54,140 bases of DNA. Source: a virus (taxonomy: Duplodnaviria > Caudoviricetes). Each line of letters begins with the position of its first letter. Positions within the stretch are counted from its first letter, which is position 1. Positions 10,474 through 20,512 of the stretch are shown here, piece by piece. The stretch is taken from the IMG/VR virus record IMGVR_UViG_3300012920_000052, positions 1-54,140 of that record. The stretch is one strand, 5' to 3'. The notes beneath the pieces were generated by a model, which ran no database searches, was not told the DNA's origin, and saw only the letters and a list, made by a program, of their open reading frames with translations. Both the position numbers and the translations under genes were made by a program.

Positions 10474-10908
10474 CTATTTTTCTATTTCCATTAACTCAAC
10501 TTTAAAGTTAAGTTCTTCCCCAGCTAGTGGGTGATTTAAGTCTAGAATTACTTTTTTTTCTTGTAGTTCTTTAACTTTTGCTAAGATTGGTCTTCCGTCA
10601 ATTGTTTGCCCTTGAACTGTTTCACCAATTTCTGGATTAAAATCAGGTGGAAGAGACTCCTTTGGTACTTCCGTTTGAGCTTCTTCTTTTCTAAGGCCAT
10701 AAGCTTCTTCTGGTTTTAAGTGTAGGTCTTTAGTTTCTCCAACTTCCATACCAATAACACCCTCATCAAATCCTTTTATCATTTGACCAGAACCCACTTC
10801 AAATTCTAATACTTGTCCTCTATCGTAAGAACTGTCAAATTTATTACCGTCATTTAAAGTACCAGTATAATGTACTTTAACTTTACTACCTTTTTCTACT
10901 TTTGCCAT
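10474..10908 (-). CDS. FKBP-type peptidyl-prolyl isomerase with insert-in-flap domain (SlyD/SlpA-like)
   Basis: VKVHYTGTL, FDSSY, GQMIKGFDEG, PEEAYG, LDLNHPLAGEELNF; likely start MAKVEKG at 10908. Confidence 0.93.
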   Translation of the reverse strand: MAKVEKGSKVKVHYTGTLNDGNKFDSSYDRGQVLEFEVGSGQMIKGFDEGVIGMEVGETKDLHLKPEEAYGLRKEEAQTEVPKESLPPDFNPEIGETVQGQTIDGRPILAKVKELQEKKVILDLNHPLAGEELNFKVELMEIEK

Positions 10909-10918
10909 TTTTTTTAAT

Positions 10919-11914
10919 TTAAAATATTTCACCAGTCTCTTCAACTGCTAAGTTATAATCACCATCAGAACCTATAATATCTTTCCAATATTCAGAATTT
11001 TCAGACTTATATCCTTCTATTGATTTTTTTTCTTCTCCAGCGTCCTTTCCTTTAAGGAAACCATGAGGTGTTACTAATATTTTGCCGTCCTCGTAACCTA
11101 AACCATTAACATGATTTTTCATAATTGAGATTTTAGTACGGGTCGCAAATTTTACTTTTCTTTTATCTTTTGTTGCTGTTATTTTAGAAGTCCCAGCGTT
11201 CTTCTGATTACCAAATAAAAATACAATGGTTGAATTTAACCATAGTGATTCTCCACCTTTAGCCTTAATTTTTGGTTGTGAAAAAGGATTGTCTGGTAAC
11301 TCTACCCAGGGTTGGTTAACTGTCACTAATGTATTTAAATATTTAGAATTGGTATTCCTAGAACCTGTAATTCTTTGGTTAATTCCCATACCAATTTTAT
11401 CCGATAGAACACTAGCGTTGTGTTGTTTACCACCTTTACCATCAAAGGTCATTTTACACGGAACAGAACCTACTGAATCCCATAAAAGAACTAAATCATA
11501 TTCTAGTTCACCTTTTTCTTGAGCATCTAATAATTCATTGATGTAATCTGTAATTTGTTCTATATATTCAAATCCATTGTTAAATAAGAAAAATCCGTCC
11601 CAGTCACCGTCTTTATCTTTTTCACATTCTAAACCCATAAGTTTAGCGTGGTCAAAGTCCCATTTTTGTTCAGTAATAATAAACACAGGTAAAATACCTT
11701 TTTTCTGTGCATCTACAGCTGTTTTAACTAAAGCGGTAGTCTTACCAGTATCACTGTGTCCCAAAAGCATATTAATATGTCCCATGGCTGGTCCTGGTAG
11801 TCCTGTAGCGTCTAGAAACGCTTCCCCCAAATCAAAAAATCTATCTGGTTTGAAGGAAGCTTTTTTAGAGAACTTACTTTTAATGTCTTTAAAACTTTTT
11901 TTCTTTATTGCCAT
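10919..11914 (-). CDS. recA: RecA/UvsX-like recombinase
   Basis: Walker A GHSDTGKT, Walker B LLWDSVG, 'VNQ' and 'KGGESL' RecA-type motifs; next to the SSB gene. Confidence 0.8.
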   Translation of the reverse strand: MAIKKKSFKDIKSKFSKKASFKPDRFFDLGEAFLDATGLPGPAMGHINMLLGHSDTGKTTALVKTAVDAQKKGILPVFIITEQKWDFDHAKLMGLECEKDKDGDWDGFFLFNNGFEYIEQITDYINELLDAQEKGELEYDLVLLWDSVGSVPCKMTFDGKGGKQHNASVLSDKIGMGINQRITGSRNTNSKYLNTLVTVNQPWVELPDNPFSQPKIKAKGGESLWLNSTIVFLFGNQKNAGTSKITATKDKRKVKFATRTKISIMKNHVNGLGYEDGKILVTPHGFLKGKDAGEEKKSIEGYKSENSEYWKDIIGSDGDYNLAVEETGEIF

Positions 11915-11926
11915 TATATTATTTTA

Positions 11927-12805
11927 TTAAAATGGTAAATCAGTATCTGTTTCTTGACCAGCTTGTGGGTCAACAGGTTTTTCACTATTAGTGTTAGAAG
12001 AGGTAGTAGTACCCATGTCTATACTAGTTTCACTATCACCGTAAACATATTTTTTAAGGTCCGTGTCCCAAACTGGTGTTTCTCCTCTTGATACAGCTTC
12101 TAAATATTCTACAGGTTTTTGAGAATAAACATCTTTGTATGTTTCAGTATTGCCAACCCATTCTTTCACTTGTGATTCGTCATTAGATAACAAAGAGGGG
12201 TCTTCAGCTAAAACCATAGAAACCACAGTATAGTTTCCTTTACCACTAGGTAGTGGAACTGATTTTAACATTAGGGTTAAATCTCTACCTTCTTTAGGGT
12301 TTGTAATATCCCCTCTCTTTTGAAATATCGGAATGATTTTATCCATAATTCCATCACCTTTATAGTTCCATTTAAATCTCCAAAACTTTACACCGTCATC
12401 TTCCGCGTCACGGTCAATAACTTTTACAATATAAAATTTCTTAGAACGATATTGTCTAGCGATTTCTTTATCTTTTTGATTACCTGTAAGTTTTAAAGCT
12501 TCTTCAACTTCATTTAAAGGGCTTCTTTCACCTGTTGGTGAACCGTCCCCGTTTTTTCCTGGGTCCATTAATTTAACCCATTTACCATCTACTTGTACTT
12601 CATGAAAGTACACTTCTTTAAATGGTGAACTACCGTCACTGGTAGGTAGAATTCTAATATTTGCTTCACCTTCTTTTTCTCCTTGTGGTAAGTAAGTAGC
12701 AAAATATTTTTTAAGTCTGTCTTCTCTACTAATATTATTTTTTGGACTGTTGTTTTGAACTTGTCCTTGTTCGTACTGTTTTAAAACTGCGTCTAAACTA
12801 CTCAT
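11927..12805 (-). CDS. Single-stranded DNA-binding protein (gp32-like)
   Basis: IRILP...FKEVYFH, VIDR...GVKFWRF, 'DITNPKEGRDL' and an acidic C-terminus ending DTDLPF; first gene of the recombination/replication operon. Confidence 0.8.
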   Translation of the reverse strand: MSSLDAVLKQYEQGQVQNNSPKNNISREDRLKKYFATYLPQGEKEGEANIRILPTSDGSSPFKEVYFHEVQVDGKWVKLMDPGKNGDGSPTGERSPLNEVEEALKLTGNQKDKEIARQYRSKKFYIVKVIDRDAEDDGVKFWRFKWNYKGDGIMDKIIPIFQKRGDITNPKEGRDLTLMLKSVPLPSGKGNYTVVSMVLAEDPSLLSNDESQVKEWVGNTETYKDVYSQKPVEYLEAVSRGETPVWDTDLKKYVYGDSETSIDMGTTTSSNTNSEKPVDPQAGQETDTDLPF

Positions 12806-12845
12806 TTGTTATTATTTTTTTAATTAATTAAAATGTTTATATGTG

Positions 12846-12876
12846 AAAATATAACACATAAAAAAGGGGAAGTCAA
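12846..12876 (-). promoter_or_regulatory. Host-type promoter for the SSB-recA operon (TTG-N20-TATATTTT, also readable as TTGACT-N17-TATATT)
   Basis: Read on the minus strand about 40 nt upstream of ATG 12805; same layout as the polB promoter. Confidence 0.65.
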
Positions 12877-12887
12877 TGACCTTCCCC
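12860..12887 (-). terminator. Rho-independent terminator
   Basis: GGGGAAG/CTTCCCC stem, 8-nt loop, then T6 on the minus strand, downstream of the 12917-13642 gene. Confidence 0.8.
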
Positions 12888-12916
12888 TAAATTTATACTA
12901 TTAATTTAAATTAATT

Positions 12917-13642
12917 TTATTCTTCTTCTGGACTGTAAACCCAACTATTTTTTATATCTCCTTCACTATAGTCACTAACCTCTTCACCGTTTAAGACATA
13001 TTCGTGTTTGTCTTTTTGTTGTTTTAATTTTTCACCTTTTTCTTCCCAATAACTTTTAGGTGATTGGTTAAAAGGTCCACTATCTAAGTATCTAAGCTCT
13101 AATTTTTCTACTGGAGTTTGTGGTCTATATTTTTCAAATTTATCCTCTAAATTATCTACAGCTGAAATAATTTTATCCATGTTATTAAGTTTAGCTTCTA
13201 AGTCATCTAATTTATCAATTAATGAATTTAAATTTTCACTTTGTTTACTTATTGTAGTTTCTAGTTCATCAGTTTTTTCACCAGTTTCTTTAGTCATATT
13301 AACTATGTCTGTAACTTCTAATTCTTCTGTATTGTCTGAGGTTTCTGTTTCTAAACTAGAATCTTCAGTATCACCAGTATCTGCAGTGTCGGTAGTATCT
13401 GTAGTGTCGGTAGTATCTTCCCCACCTAAATCGTCAGTAACTTCGTCACCACCAAGGTCTAAATCTGCTAAAGGGTCTTCGTCTCCTCCCCCTTCTTCTT
13501 CATCCTCCGTTGGTTCCTGTTCCATCAATGAAACATTCTGACTACTTAAACCCATAAATTGTTCATTTACATAATCACCAATTTGATTAAATCTCTTTAA
13601 TTCTTCAGATAAAATACTTTCTATTAATTGCTTTTTACTCAT
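12917..13642 (-). CDS. Acidic coiled-coil protein, probable prohead core/scaffold or internal protein
   Basis: Very D/E-rich linker, coiled coil (LNSLIDKLDDLEAKL), N-terminal LIE/LSE/VNE/LME motifs. Confidence 0.55.
   Translation of the reverse strand: MSKKQLIESILSEELKRFNQIGDYVNEQFMGLSSQNVSLMEQEPTEDEEEGGGDEDPLADLDLGGDEVTDDLGGEDTTDTTDTTDTADTGDTEDSSLETETSDNTEELEVTDIVNMTKETGEKTDELETTISKQSENLNSLIDKLDDLEAKLNNMDKIISAVDNLEDKFEKYRPQTPVEKLELRYLDSGPFNQSPKSYWEEKGEKLKQQKDKHEYVLNGEEVSDYSEGDIKNSWVYSPEEE
13367..13418. repeat. Imperfect 9-bp-period tandem repeat encoding DTTDTTDTTDTADTGDT
   Basis: AGTGTCGGTAGTATCT occurs twice (13385 and 13403) with degenerate flanking units. Confidence 0.75.
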
Positions 13643-13655
13643 CTTATTTGGATTT

Positions 13656-13862
13656 TTATCCCATTAATAAACTTCTTCCGTCCTCTGTGATAACTTTTTT
13701 ATTTACCCTTTCGATAAGTCCGTCTTTAGTTTTAATTGTTTTACACTCTCCAGTTTTTGTATCACAAACTTCTTCAAAACCCTCTTCTTCTATATTAAGA
13801 TTTCTATTATTTGTGTTTTTATTTCCTAAAAAGTTGTCTAAATTTTTTTCTATATTTTTCAT
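13656..13862 (-). CDS. Small hypothetical protein
   Basis: 68 aa, ATG behind a TATTTATA box, same direction as neighbours; contains CDTKTGEC. Confidence 0.7.
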   Translation of the reverse strand: MKNIEKNLDNFLGNKNTNNRNLNIEEEGFEEVCDTKTGECKTIKTKDGLIERVNKKVITEDGRSLLMG

Positions 13863-13924
13863 AATATATTTCTTTTGTATATAAATAGTTAGTTTTTAAA
13901 GAAATGACTTAATTAAAAAACTAA

Positions 13925-16900
13925 CTAAGCGTAATCATTCCCAACGGGCCCTGGGTCTCCCACGATATCGTCATTCGGTGGTGTAATTATTTGAGTGTTA
14001 CTAGAAGTGACGGGTGGATTTGATAACCCTGAAGCTAAATCATCAGTACTATAAGGACTAGGAACTACTTTAAATCCTTTATTTCGTAATACATTATTTA
14101 ATATAGCTTGATTCATATTAGAAATACCTTTTATATTACTGTTTTCTATTTCTTCAAAAATTTGAGCTAGTTTTTTTCTTAAGTTATTACCTAAAGTACC
14201 ACTTAAAGCTTCTTGACTTCTAAAACATGGGCATCTTTTATTTGAAAAGTCGTTATGTCCTTTAACAACTTGTTTCCACATACTAACAGTAACACCTTTT
14301 TCTTTGTTATTAGTAACCTTAGGGTCGTTCACCGTCACATCAATTGGGTTTATTCTTAATCTCATATTCTCATGAGCGGGTATGTCGTCATAATTTTGTT
14401 GTGAAAATGTTAGGTTTGGTTCTAATTCAAATATTTGGGTACCAAATAATAAATAAAGTACTGTCCATTCTAATGTATTTTTTTGTGCTGTAGTTGCGTA
14501 CGTTCCACTACTATCATAAGAACCAATTTTTTGACAATCTGCAATCATAGAAACAGATATAGACTCTTGATTATGTCCTTGGACATGTGCACCGTCTTTA
14601 TTTTCAGGTCTAGCTCCATATAGAGTACCATCTGGTTCATTGTCTCCACCGGCAGCTCCTCTAGAAATTAAATAATGATACCCTATTCCTGCCCAACCTC
14701 TATTTAAATGTTGTGAATTTATATTACCGACAGGGTCTGAACCATAATTTATTCCACCAGTAACATGGATAACCACATATTTTCTAGTTTTACTTCTACC
14801 TGGAAAATATATTTTATTATTTTTCACATTTTCATATTCAGCTCTACCTTCTACGTTAAACCCACCTTCTTCAGCTACCTTTACTTCAGTTTCTTGTTTT
14901 TTCTTTACTCTACTTATTAATTTTTTATTAAGTTTAGCGACTACGTTTTGGATATCTGGTAATTTATGGAATGGGACTCTAACTCCAGTAAAAGTTGTTG
15001 TCATTGTATTTGGTTGTATCGTATGTTCAACATCCAAAATTAAATAAGGTCCATTAAACATAGGTACATTTCTTAATGTAAAGTACATTGTAGGTTGTAT
15101 ACATACGTTACCTAAAGAGGTTACTTTACAGGTATATGAACGTGATTTATATATATTAAAAAGACTTAAACCTTGAGTCATAATACTATTATCATTAGCA
15201 GATTGTGCCATCATTTCTGTAACAACAAAAGATTCACTAGTATTTTTAAATTGACTTTGGTCTAAACTTATACCTTTAAACATTCCCTGAGATTGAATTG
15301 CAAAATCTACTGCAAAAGACATAACTTTATTACATCTGGCTGGGTCATTACAATTACTAAATAATGGATTTTCAGAAGTCCTACCCAACATAAATGAGTC
15401 ATTATTAAATCTTGATTGGGGTCCTAGGTCGGACAATTGGGTTGATGGTGGTCCTACATATTGACAAACAAACTTTGGGGAAGAGTCTAGGAAATCAACT
15501 TCTAAATGGGTACCGAATAGTGCATTAGCTTCATCTTGTGTACTAAATTTAGGAATAGGTGTGTTAGTATTAGAAGCTATACCATAAAAATTAATATAAC
15601 TAGGCATTCCATAAAAATTAAAATAATTACCTTGTAATAAAGTACCTATAATAGTTAATAGGGAAGCGTTCGCATTTTGAGGGTTAGTAAAGTTTTTAAT
15701 TGCGTCTGTATCTAATATAGCTAAATCTCCAATATCTCTATTTGCAACGTCTAAAAATAAAAAATCTTTAAATATAAACTTTGAACCAAAATCTTCTCCA
15801 GATATCCATTTATCGTTTAGTGTTTTAAAAACCATGTACTGTTCCAATTTGTTTTCATCCGATTGATAAGCAGACTGATTTTGAAATTCTTCTACTTCAC
15901 CAGAAACAGTAGTGGGTAAATCTTTTTTTAATCTTAGAAAAAGTTGCGTTAGGTACTCACTTTTTAAATTACTATAATTGTCGATAATTTGATTAAATAT
16001 TTTACCTTTAAATTCTGTTACGTCAACTGGTTGGTTGGGTCCTGAAACAATCCTTTCAGTTACATACATTCTTATAACTTTACGTAATAATTTTATGTTA
16101 GAAGAGGTGAAAGCTATATTATTTTCTATGAAGAAATCAGTAACATAATTACCCAAATCTCCATATATTAAATCTGTTGTTTGGCCAGACAAGACTGGTG
16201 AATAAAACCCTACCTCCAATTGTAGTGTTTTCCATTCGTCTGGAAAACTCGTTTGGGAATCTAGAAGGGTAAGATTAGGTGGTAGGTTTCCACTATAGTT
16301 ACCAAAATCATAATAATCAGCACCGTCCAATTGTAAAAATGATTTGAATGATTTAATGTTAACATCTTTAGGGTTATAAAAATTAAAGGACAGTTGTCCA
16401 CCCAAAAAGTTTTTCATTATCTGACTTATATTATTAAGTTGTGCCGTATATAAATCATAATTTAAATACTTTACATTAGACATCATACTTTCATCTAATT
16501 GTGATTTTTTTACTTTCATCATTTCTCTGAATAGACTCTGAAAAGTAGTTTCTACATTTCCTAATATAGTTGAAGTTGTAGCTGTTGTGTTATATATGTC
16601 GTCTTGGGTGTCTTTTTTAGTAAAGTCCAAAAAGTATCTTTCAAACACATCTAAAATATCTGGAGTGAAAACATCAAATAACTCCTCTATACTAGCATAG
16701 TTACTAGAATCTGTTATTGTGAAAACTGTTTGTTCGTCTATATTTGGGTCTATAACCTTTAGATACTGATTTGGGTTAGGTAGTGTGTTTGTGTTGTGTT
16801 CAAAAAATCCATATCCCGCAGCTCCCCACATAAATCTAGTAGACCCGTTTGGTCCAATAGGATTATTAATTAAATTATTGATGTTTTGTTCTTCAAATTC

Positions 16901-19900
16901 TAATTGTTGGTATTCTAATCCTCCACAAGATGGAAACAGTAGGTATTCGGTTTCTGTATATCCCGAACTAAAAGAACTTCTGTTTATATCTAAATAGGAA
17001 TACCAGAAATTACAAGTAGTTTCACCTGAAGGGGAAGAAAAAGATAAACTTTCTAATTGGTTTATAAATAAATCTTTATTATCTATTTTAAGGTTTATCT
17101 CACTAGAAGATATGTCGGCACCTGTTATATTTAAACTATTATATAATAGTTCCTCACCAGTAATAAAATAATAAATATAATTATTTAATTCTGGGTAGAA
17201 CCCTAAATTAATTGTGTTTTGATTTTGTCCATTATTGTATTGTGCAGCAAAATCAATAGGCACTATAGTAGTACCTGAGGTTGTTGCACTTATTCCAATA
17301 TTTAAATTATAAATGTGATTTGTACCATTAGAATTATTAAAATACTCAGCAGAATCAAAATTTTCCCAAACGGATGATAAAAAATCTGTACCGTTCTCTA
17401 TGTTTTCTTTATAACGATGCCATATACTTCCATATTTTAATATCCACGCATATGGTAAACTATGGACCGCAGAAACCTGGTTTAATATTTTACCTAAATA
17501 GTCCCCATAAACGTTAACATAATCTTGTTCTACTTTTAAACTTTTCTCTCTAAGGGTAGGGAGTGGCAACGAATTTAAAAATAAATAAGCTGCTGCTTTA
17601 TAAACATGTTCATCACCAATATTATTAGTGTCTAAGGTTATTTGATTTTTTATTCCTTGTACAAAAGCGTTTGTAAAATAAGGTGTGTTTAATAGTGAAG
17701 TTATTTGTTTATTGTAAGTATTACCACTGTAGTTATCACCATAGTTAATTTCACCTTCGGTTAATAAAAAGTTACTATTTTTAGGGTAGGTATTTGTTAT
17801 ATTTTCAAAATATGTTTTCCAACTAAGCGCTTGATTTTGTAGATTACCTTCTCTCAATAATTTAACGTTAATCAGTTGTGTAAGTGTTCTATAAGACCAG
17901 TTACCATCAGTATAAAATTGTATGTTAGGTATGATTCCTGATAACGTTTGGTTAGGTATGTCTGAAGAATACGTTTGTTGATTTGGTAGATACACTACTC
18001 CGTCAGCAATATGGTTTAAATTTTCATATGACGCGATACTTTGTCCCCCAGCTAAGTTATTAGAAACCCAACTATTGTTAGGATTACCATCAAAATGTGA
18101 AAAAGGATAAGTCTCTATTATATTAGGGATAGCAGGTTGTATTAGAGCTTCTTTTAAAAATCCAACAGAATCATCCACATTAATTTCGTTTAACTGATAA
18201 TTTAAACCGTTAAATTTAACTTTGCTCATTATAGCAAACCTATTATCGTTAATTTTAGTTCTGATATATTCTGTACTGTATTCATCCCTAACTAAAAGTT
18301 GATAATTATTTAATGGAGATATGGCTTGTAAAAATTCTCGAAATGAGGTTGCTGTGTAGTTTTGGTTTTTAAGTTGTTCACTTAGTGAAAAATCACCAAC
18401 TAAAATATCGGTAAGGTTAGCTGATTCTAAATTACCAAAAGATTTATATGTTGTTCTTGCATTTTTAAATTCTAATCTAGTAGCTAACCCAGAAAAGTTA
18501 GTAAAAATAGTACTTCTATCCCACATTTCATATAAAAATGGAACTTTACTTTTATTAGTATATACTGTTTGTTCATCTATGAAAAAAGAAGTTACTGGTA
18601 ACCAGGGTTCTCCCACATTGTCTGTAAAAAAATCAGGTTTACTGTCTCCTTTAATTAAAGCTTGTCCCTTAAAAAATTCTTCAACAAATGAAACCTCTGG
18701 CCATAAAAGTGCATCAAAAGCTTTGGTTTGGGAAAGAGCTCCTATAGCTCCTGGATAAGTACTAACATATGAAGTTGCCCCATTTTCTTCTTTTGTGATG
18801 AAGTAATGTGGCCAAGGATATATAAAATTATCTTCTGGTAATTCTGTATTGGTGCTGGCTTGACCTGGTCCTTTGACCGCGTTTAACCTACGTGGGTCAT
18901 TTCTTACACTAAAAGAATCACGATGTGTTTCATCCATTAAACGTAAAAAAGTGTCGGCGTGTGCTATTAAAATTGCGAATATATTTCTAACACTAGGTTT
19001 AAAACCTAAAATATCAATTACCAATCCATTTACAATATCAGTTAAATTTTTTTCAATAATGTTTCTTTTAGTGTCAAAAGAAGATATTATTTTACCTATT
19101 TTTTCTTCAAACAAATTTGGTCCACCAGAAAAAACAAACCATTTATCTGTATTTTTAGGGTCTACTTTACCTTCGTTTATTAATGAAAGAGGTAATGCTG
19201 GTGATATATTAATATCTTGTACTGTTATATTTACTGGAATTTTTTTAGGTCCAATACTACCAAATGTAGTATTTTGATTTAGTTGTTTATTAAAGTTAGT
19301 AATTATATCTTCTAATCTTTTAACAGCGTCTTTTTCTTTTTGACCTCCGTCTCTATATGTCTCTTTTAATCTGTAATATGTGATTCCTTTAGAGTCCGTT
19401 ACTGGACCTTGTGGTGACGTTATATCTGTATTACAATAAGTTGCTCTCCACCCACCATTAGCCAAAATAGATTTACGGTATCGGTCACTAACTCTATCAT
19501 ATTCTTCTATGTGGTCTAATTGTTGTAAATTGTATGAACTTAAAGCTTTTTGTAATTCGTCCTCTAAGTTGGTTACTTTGGATACCAATTCATCTATTGT
19601 TATGTCTGGTAATGAAGGAGTAACCAGACCTAATGATTTATAGTTTTCGTAAACATTTGTTAAGGTTTCTCTTCCTTTACTTGTTATAAATTTTTGTTCT
19701 TTATTATTATTTTGACGGTCACTTACCGTATACTGTCTAGTAAACATATAAGGAGCTATCCTTAATTCTTGTAATGTTAAATCAGCTAATAAAGCTACTA
19801 CCCTCCCTTTGAATGAACAGGTTACTGTATAATTTCCACTACTCCCATCAAAAGAAGCGTTAAATTTTTCCATCATTAGTTGATACTGAACTGCCTTTCC

Positions 19901-20500
19901 GTAATACCCTTTAAGTGTTAATTTAAATAATGGGTAAGGTAGTTGAAAAAATGCAGCGTATGGAGAATTAGCTCCTTGTTCAAATAAAGTTTGGCCCCTA
20001 ACATCTACAAAAGTTATATTTACTATTGGTGTGAAAGCTTTGTTTATGGTTACTGAAATATTCTCAATACCAAAAGATTCGTTATCTGTTTTATTTGTGA
20101 TTTTTTCTCTTAATAGTGAATTACCGTTAGCGTCTATCGTATTAATAAAACTTTTTTGATTAAGTGGTCCGTTTGGTGTCCTAAATCCTTTCCCTGTTTG
20201 GGTGTCTGTCCAATCAGTAGTAAAATAGTCTTTACCACTTGGTTTAAGAAAATTTATTTCACCTTCAAAAACATCAACAAAAGACTGAGGAGTTTCATTT
20301 TCCACACCGGCACCACTAATTAATTTACTTCTAGGTACCACTCTGGCTTGTAAATTAGCGTATATGGATAAGTTTTCGTGGTTGACTAACCTATCCTGTG
20401 GTCTTCCTTTTTCAAAAACTTTGTTAGGGTCTACAAGTAGTACGTTATTCTCCGCAAATTCGACTAAGACATTATCTCCATTTGTAATTTCGTCGGCCAT
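13925..20500 (-). CDS. Giant baseplate hub-like protein with C-terminal N-acetylmuramoyl-L-alanine amidase (Amidase_2, T7 lysozyme-like)
   Basis: 2191 aa; hub-like segments (FGIENISV...ITFVDVRG; YTCKVTSLGNVCIQPTMYF...GPYLILDVEHTI); amidase motifs VVIH, HLNRGWAGIGYHYLI, GAHVQGHN, GHNDF..KRCP. Confidence 0.75.
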   Translation of the reverse strand: MADEITNGDNVLVEFAENNVLLVDPNKVFEKGRPQDRLVNHENLSIYANLQARVVPRSKLISGAGVENETPQSFVDVFEGEINFLKPSGKDYFTTDWTDTQTGKGFRTPNGPLNQKSFINTIDANGNSLLREKITNKTDNESFGIENISVTINKAFTPIVNITFVDVRGQTLFEQGANSPYAAFFQLPYPLFKLTLKGYYGKAVQYQLMMEKFNASFDGSSGNYTVTCSFKGRVVALLADLTLQELRIAPYMFTRQYTVSDRQNNNKEQKFITSKGRETLTNVYENYKSLGLVTPSLPDITIDELVSKVTNLEDELQKALSSYNLQQLDHIEEYDRVSDRYRKSILANGGWRATYCNTDITSPQGPVTDSKGITYYRLKETYRDGGQKEKDAVKRLEDIITNFNKQLNQNTTFGSIGPKKIPVNITVQDINISPALPLSLINEGKVDPKNTDKWFVFSGGPNLFEEKIGKIISSFDTKRNIIEKNLTDIVNGLVIDILGFKPSVRNIFAILIAHADTFLRLMDETHRDSFSVRNDPRRLNAVKGPGQASTNTELPEDNFIYPWPHYFITKEENGATSYVSTYPGAIGALSQTKAFDALLWPEVSFVEEFFKGQALIKGDSKPDFFTDNVGEPWLPVTSFFIDEQTVYTNKSKVPFLYEMWDRSTIFTNFSGLATRLEFKNARTTYKSFGNLESANLTDILVGDFSLSEQLKNQNYTATSFREFLQAISPLNNYQLLVRDEYSTEYIRTKINDNRFAIMSKVKFNGLNYQLNEINVDDSVGFLKEALIQPAIPNIIETYPFSHFDGNPNNSWVSNNLAGGQSIASYENLNHIADGVVYLPNQQTYSSDIPNQTLSGIIPNIQFYTDGNWSYRTLTQLINVKLLREGNLQNQALSWKTYFENITNTYPKNSNFLLTEGEINYGDNYSGNTYNKQITSLLNTPYFTNAFVQGIKNQITLDTNNIGDEHVYKAAAYLFLNSLPLPTLREKSLKVEQDYVNVYGDYLGKILNQVSAVHSLPYAWILKYGSIWHRYKENIENGTDFLSSVWENFDSAEYFNNSNGTNHIYNLNIGISATTSGTTIVPIDFAAQYNNGQNQNTINLGFYPELNNYIYYFITGEELLYNSLNITGADISSSEINLKIDNKDLFINQLESLSFSSPSGETTCNFWYSYLDINRSSFSSGYTETEYLLFPSCGGLEYQQLEFEEQNINNLINNPIGPNGSTRFMWGAAGYGFFEHNTNTLPNPNQYLKVIDPNIDEQTVFTITDSSNYASIEELFDVFTPDILDVFERYFLDFTKKDTQDDIYNTTATTSTILGNVETTFQSLFREMMKVKKSQLDESMMSNVKYLNYDLYTAQLNNISQIMKNFLGGQLSFNFYNPKDVNIKSFKSFLQLDGADYYDFGNYSGNLPPNLTLLDSQTSFPDEWKTLQLEVGFYSPVLSGQTTDLIYGDLGNYVTDFFIENNIAFTSSNIKLLRKVIRMYVTERIVSGPNQPVDVTEFKGKIFNQIIDNYSNLKSEYLTQLFLRLKKDLPTTVSGEVEEFQNQSAYQSDENKLEQYMVFKTLNDKWISGEDFGSKFIFKDFLFLDVANRDIGDLAILDTDAIKNFTNPQNANASLLTIIGTLLQGNYFNFYGMPSYINFYGIASNTNTPIPKFSTQDEANALFGTHLEVDFLDSSPKFVCQYVGPPSTQLSDLGPQSRFNNDSFMLGRTSENPLFSNCNDPARCNKVMSFAVDFAIQSQGMFKGISLDQSQFKNTSESFVVTEMMAQSANDNSIMTQGLSLFNIYKSRSYTCKVTSLGNVCIQPTMYFTLRNVPMFNGPYLILDVEHTIQPNTMTTTFTGVRVPFHKLPDIQNVVAKLNKKLISRVKKKQETEVKVAEEGGFNVEGRAEYENVKNNKIYFPGRSKTRKYVVIHVTGGINYGSDPVGNINSQHLNRGWAGIGYHYLISRGAAGGDNEPDGTLYGARPENKDGAHVQGHNQESISVSMIADCQKIGSYDSSGTYATTAQKNTLEWTVLYLLFGTQIFELEPNLTFSQQNYDDIPAHENMRLRINPIDVTVNDPKVTNNKEKGVTVSMWKQVVKGHNDFSNKRCPCFRSQEALSGTLGNNLRKKLAQIFEEIENSNIKGISNMNQAILNNVLRNKGFKVVPSPYSTDDLASGLSNPPVTSSNTQIITPPNDDIVGDPGPVGNDYA

Positions 20501-20512
20501 AATTTTTATTTA

